63,883 nt of DNA from Gracilinanus agilis (Eukaryota): the NCBI RefSeq assembly GCF_016433145.1, contig NC_058133.1, forward strand, positions 467,209,096 through 467,272,978, written 5' to 3'. The position numbers were made by a program, and so were the translations under genes. This document shows positions 60,649 to 63,883 of the stretch, piece by piece. The notes below the pieces were generated by a model, which had not been told where the DNA came from, ran no database searches, and saw nothing but the letters and a program-made list of their open reading frames with translations. Each line of letters starts with the position of its first letter. Positions within the stretch are counted from its first letter, which is position 1.

Positions 60649-61814
60649 CCTGTGTGGTAGGTGTTATTTATCCCCATTTTATAGTTAGGGAAACTGAGGC
60701 AGGGGTTCAGATTTGCCCAAGGTCACATAGTTAGTAAACATCTGAGCCTGGATTTGAACTCTTCCTCCTTAACTTCAGGCAAGGTGTCCACCTAGCTGAC
60801 TGTGAAAAGAGAAGTATCACACATGGAAGACCTCATTCCTCTCCAGACTTCACTCAAGACCTCTATCCCCTCCCGATTTCTTCTTTGCGTGCGTTTTATG
60901 CCCCCATCACATCCATTAGAGCAGAGATTTTCTTCCTACTTATAAATGTATTCTCAGCTCTTAGCATAATGTTCAGCATCTAATAAAAGCTAGCTAACTG
61001 ACTTCTATGGAGAAGGACATGGCAAGCCACTCTGGTATCTTTGCCAAGAAAACCCCAAAATAAGGTCACAAAGAGTGGGGCACAACTGACTAAACAACAT
61101 CAAAGGACAAGTGACTTCCTGCCTGACCACCTGCATGTTCGACAATTAGGAAATTTTTAGAGATCCAGGGGAAAGAATTCCAACTCTCTGATGAGCCTCT
61201 AGGAGAGGATTTATGAGAGCAGAGGGATGAGTCATGAGGGACTATAAGACAAAGATAGGTTGTGATATGGACCACTGGAGGGACTGCCTGCTTGATTCCA
61301 TGCAGATCCATACAAATATGGAAATACAATGGAATGGGCGATCATTCAACAACGACAACGACAACAAAACTGGCTTATCCAGACAGGGTGTATCTTATTT
61401 AATCTCTGTAGCCTAGTGTCTTGCACATAGTAGATTCTTTATAAATTTGGGGAGTTGAATTGGAGGTCTTTTAGTCCAGCCCCATGGTTAAATATAGGAA
61501 GAAAAGGGGATCCAGAATGCTCAAATTTTTTTACCAGATAAGAAGTGGTGGAAACACTCCTAATCAGAAACAAGTTGCAATATGCAATGATGTTACTCTA
61601 GCTATTTGCCAGTGTGTGACATGGAATCAGGAAGACCAGAGTTCAAATCTTGCTTCAGATACTTATTAGTTTTGTGACCCTTTTAATCAATCAACTAGTC
61701 ATGAACCCAAGCTTCTCTATGAAATAAATTCCCAAATCACTTACCCTCCTTGGACTTCAGTGCATTCATTTGTAAACTAAGGCAATTAGACTCATGGACC
61801 TCCTAGGTCCTTGT

Positions 61815-62025
61815 TATTGTTTAGCCCTGTCTGCGTCTTCATGACTCCATTTGGAGTTTTCTTAGCAGAGTTCCTGGAGTGATTTGCCATCTCCTTCATT
61901 TTAAAGGTGAGGAAACTGAGGCAAAGAGGGTGAAGTGACTTGTCCATTATCACACAGCTAGTAAGTGTCTGTCTACAGTCTTCCATGTGCCAAGAGAGGT
62001 GCTCTAACCATTGCACCATTTAGCT
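61815..62025 (-). mobile_element. MAR1-type SINE
   Basis: TTTGGAGTTTTCTTAGCAGAG...GGAGTGATTTGCCATCTCCTTC. Confidence 0.75.
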
Positions 62026-63883
62026 GACCTTTTCAGATTCTGTATAGAACCTTCTGAAGATCCTGTTATATTGCAGAGACAGGATAGTATATGGTTTTGT
62101 AAGATCATGTTTGTAAAGCACTTTGCAATGCTTAAAGTACTATGTAAATACTAGCTATTAACATTATTTATTATTAATATTACTATGATCATCTCGAGGC
62201 CTTAGGAAGTATAAGAAATGGAATAAAAGACATAATTATAGAAAATTATAACCAGAAAAAAGAGGATCAGACATACAAGAAGAGGGAAGAAGGGAAGTAA
62301 ACATTTATTAAGCACCTTCTATGTGCCAAGTATTGTGCTAAGTGCTTCATAAATATTACCTCATTTGATTCTCATAATAAGCCTTTGAAGTATGTGTTTA
62401 TGATTCCCATTTTATGGCTGAGGAAACTGAGGCAAAGGTTAAGTGGATTTAGAGTTGGCTTGGACCTTAGAAATGATGGAGTCCAACTCCCCTCATTTTA
62501 TTTATGAGGAAACCATGGTCTGGAGATTTCTTGCCTTGAGATCAGACTAGCAAGCACCAGAGTCAGAATTCAAATCCAGAGCTTCTGACTCCAAATGCAG
62601 TACTCATTTCTCACTTCATGTTGCTTGTTATTAAGTCATGAAGTTAGAGGCAGCTAGGGGTTGCAGAGATTGAAGTTCTGGGCCTGGAGTCCAGAGGATA
62701 GTTTAATTATAGCTTCAGTTAACTTTTGAGCTGTGTTACCCTAGACAAGTCTTTTTTTGCCTCAGTTTCCTCAACTATAAAATGGATACAATAATAATCT
62801 GCCTCCCAAGGATTTTTGTTAAGAGTAAATGAAATATGTTTGCAAAACATTTAGCAGAGTCCTGGGGCACATTATAAACACTTAACAAAAATAGCCTTCT
62901 TTCCTGTAATGGGAAGCACATCAGAATCAGAATCAAATGACCATTCTGGTCCCAGCTTTGTCCTTTACTTGTATAGCTCCAGACAAGACTTGTAACTCTG
63001 TGAGCCTCAGTTTCCACTTCTGAAAAATAAGGATATTAATAGTTGCACTCTATACTTCATCGACCTTTAAGTCAAGTACTTGATAAATCTTAAAGTGTTT
63101 AGGTAAAGAGAAATTATTATTTTAGTTATGACCCTGAAGCACTTGCAAGGTCTTTGCTTTCTGAATCCTCAAAGACCATCTACATTCAACCTAGTTTTAT
63201 TCTTTTGTGCTTTTATTGTATTTTAATTCTTTGAAAGCTGATGATCTGTGTTTCTATAAATGGTAACTTTATCATTAAGCAAAGATCTGGCTATTCTTAG
63301 ATTAACTAGAACACTCTGACTAAGTCAGATAACAACAGAGAGTCTACCCTAATCCCCAATCAGTATTTTCCATGTGGACAGGGCTGTGCTAGGCAGTCAC
63401 ATTAAGGACAGTCTAGCTTTAACTGAAAAGGAATCTAAGAGCCTCCTAGAATGCCTGGCACCCATGGGCACTGGCAGTGGCTGGGAGATCTTAAGATGTC
63501 TAGGTGGCCTAGAAAGGCTAAGTTCTCCCCACTTCCACAGTAGATTAGAAACTTGGCACAGTGCTGTGTTACAAACAGCCCATGGGAATAAGATGAAATG
63601 AGAACCATCTTCTCCCAAATGAAAGATCTTTATGAGAAAAACTCTTCATGTTAATGACTCCCCCTACCTATCTCTCCATATTATCTGCTGCTGATTGAAG
63701 TCCAAGTATGAGACAGAAGAAGACTCATTTTCTATTGTTCTACTTTAACAATAAATAGAGCAAAGGTCAACTCCCCATAAGCCTTTGTCTTGGGGACCAA
63801 AGAAGTCCAGGGAATAAAATATACACAGAATCCCCACATCTCACCTTGACCCATTCTGTTGGAAAAATATTCTGCTCCACCTA

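Larger units (their letters stand above)
31327..63883 (-). other. CASQ2: CASQ2 intron 1 (partial; exon 1 beyond window end)
   Basis: Lies upstream of the exon 2 acceptor. A visual scan found no exon 1 motifs (NFPTYDGKDRV, QKQFQLKE). Confidence 0.8.

Noticed and set aside
63606-63655. CCCAAATGAAAG (+) and ATGAAGAG (-), resembling the CASQ2 start context
   Set aside because: The first is on the wrong strand. The second continues MKSFSHKDLSFGRR, unlike the CASQ2 signal peptide.

Overview
Marsupial genomic DNA, very likely a didelphid opossum given the Monodelphis-type SINEs. The only gene I can support is calsequestrin-2 (CASQ2) on the minus strand. Coding exons 2-7 are present at 31242-31326, 24458-24558, 22151-22262, 20703-20776, 12712-12842 and 2524-2569. 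Their lengths (85/101/112/74/131/46 nt) match the human exon structure as I recall it, and all have GT-AG junctions. Exon 1 and exons 8-11 were not found, so 31327-63883 appears to be intron 1 (>32.5 kb) and 1-2523 intron 7. The rest is intron, much of it transposon-derived: 25 opossum tRNA/CORE SINEs, MAR1-type SINEs, MIRs, L1, L2, CR1/L3 and RTE fragments, hAT MITEs, solo LTRs and simple repeats. Apart from CASQ2 exon parts and decayed retroelement frames, the supplied ORFs look spurious. I found no prokaryote-style system and no new gene. The most interesting signals are these: (1) a palindromic SINE tail that forms a ~66-nt hairpin and carries a latent cassette exon on both strands, with four copies holding complete splice signals in the CASQ2 pre-mRNA; (2) a candidate 70-nt poison exon behind the weak exon 6 donor; (3) a ~2-kb GC/CpG-shifted patch around a 1-kb TATG array; (4) hAT MITEs, one retaining a transposase relic. 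Repeat family names come from my recall of consensus sequences, and repeat boundaries are approximate unless TSDs are quoted.
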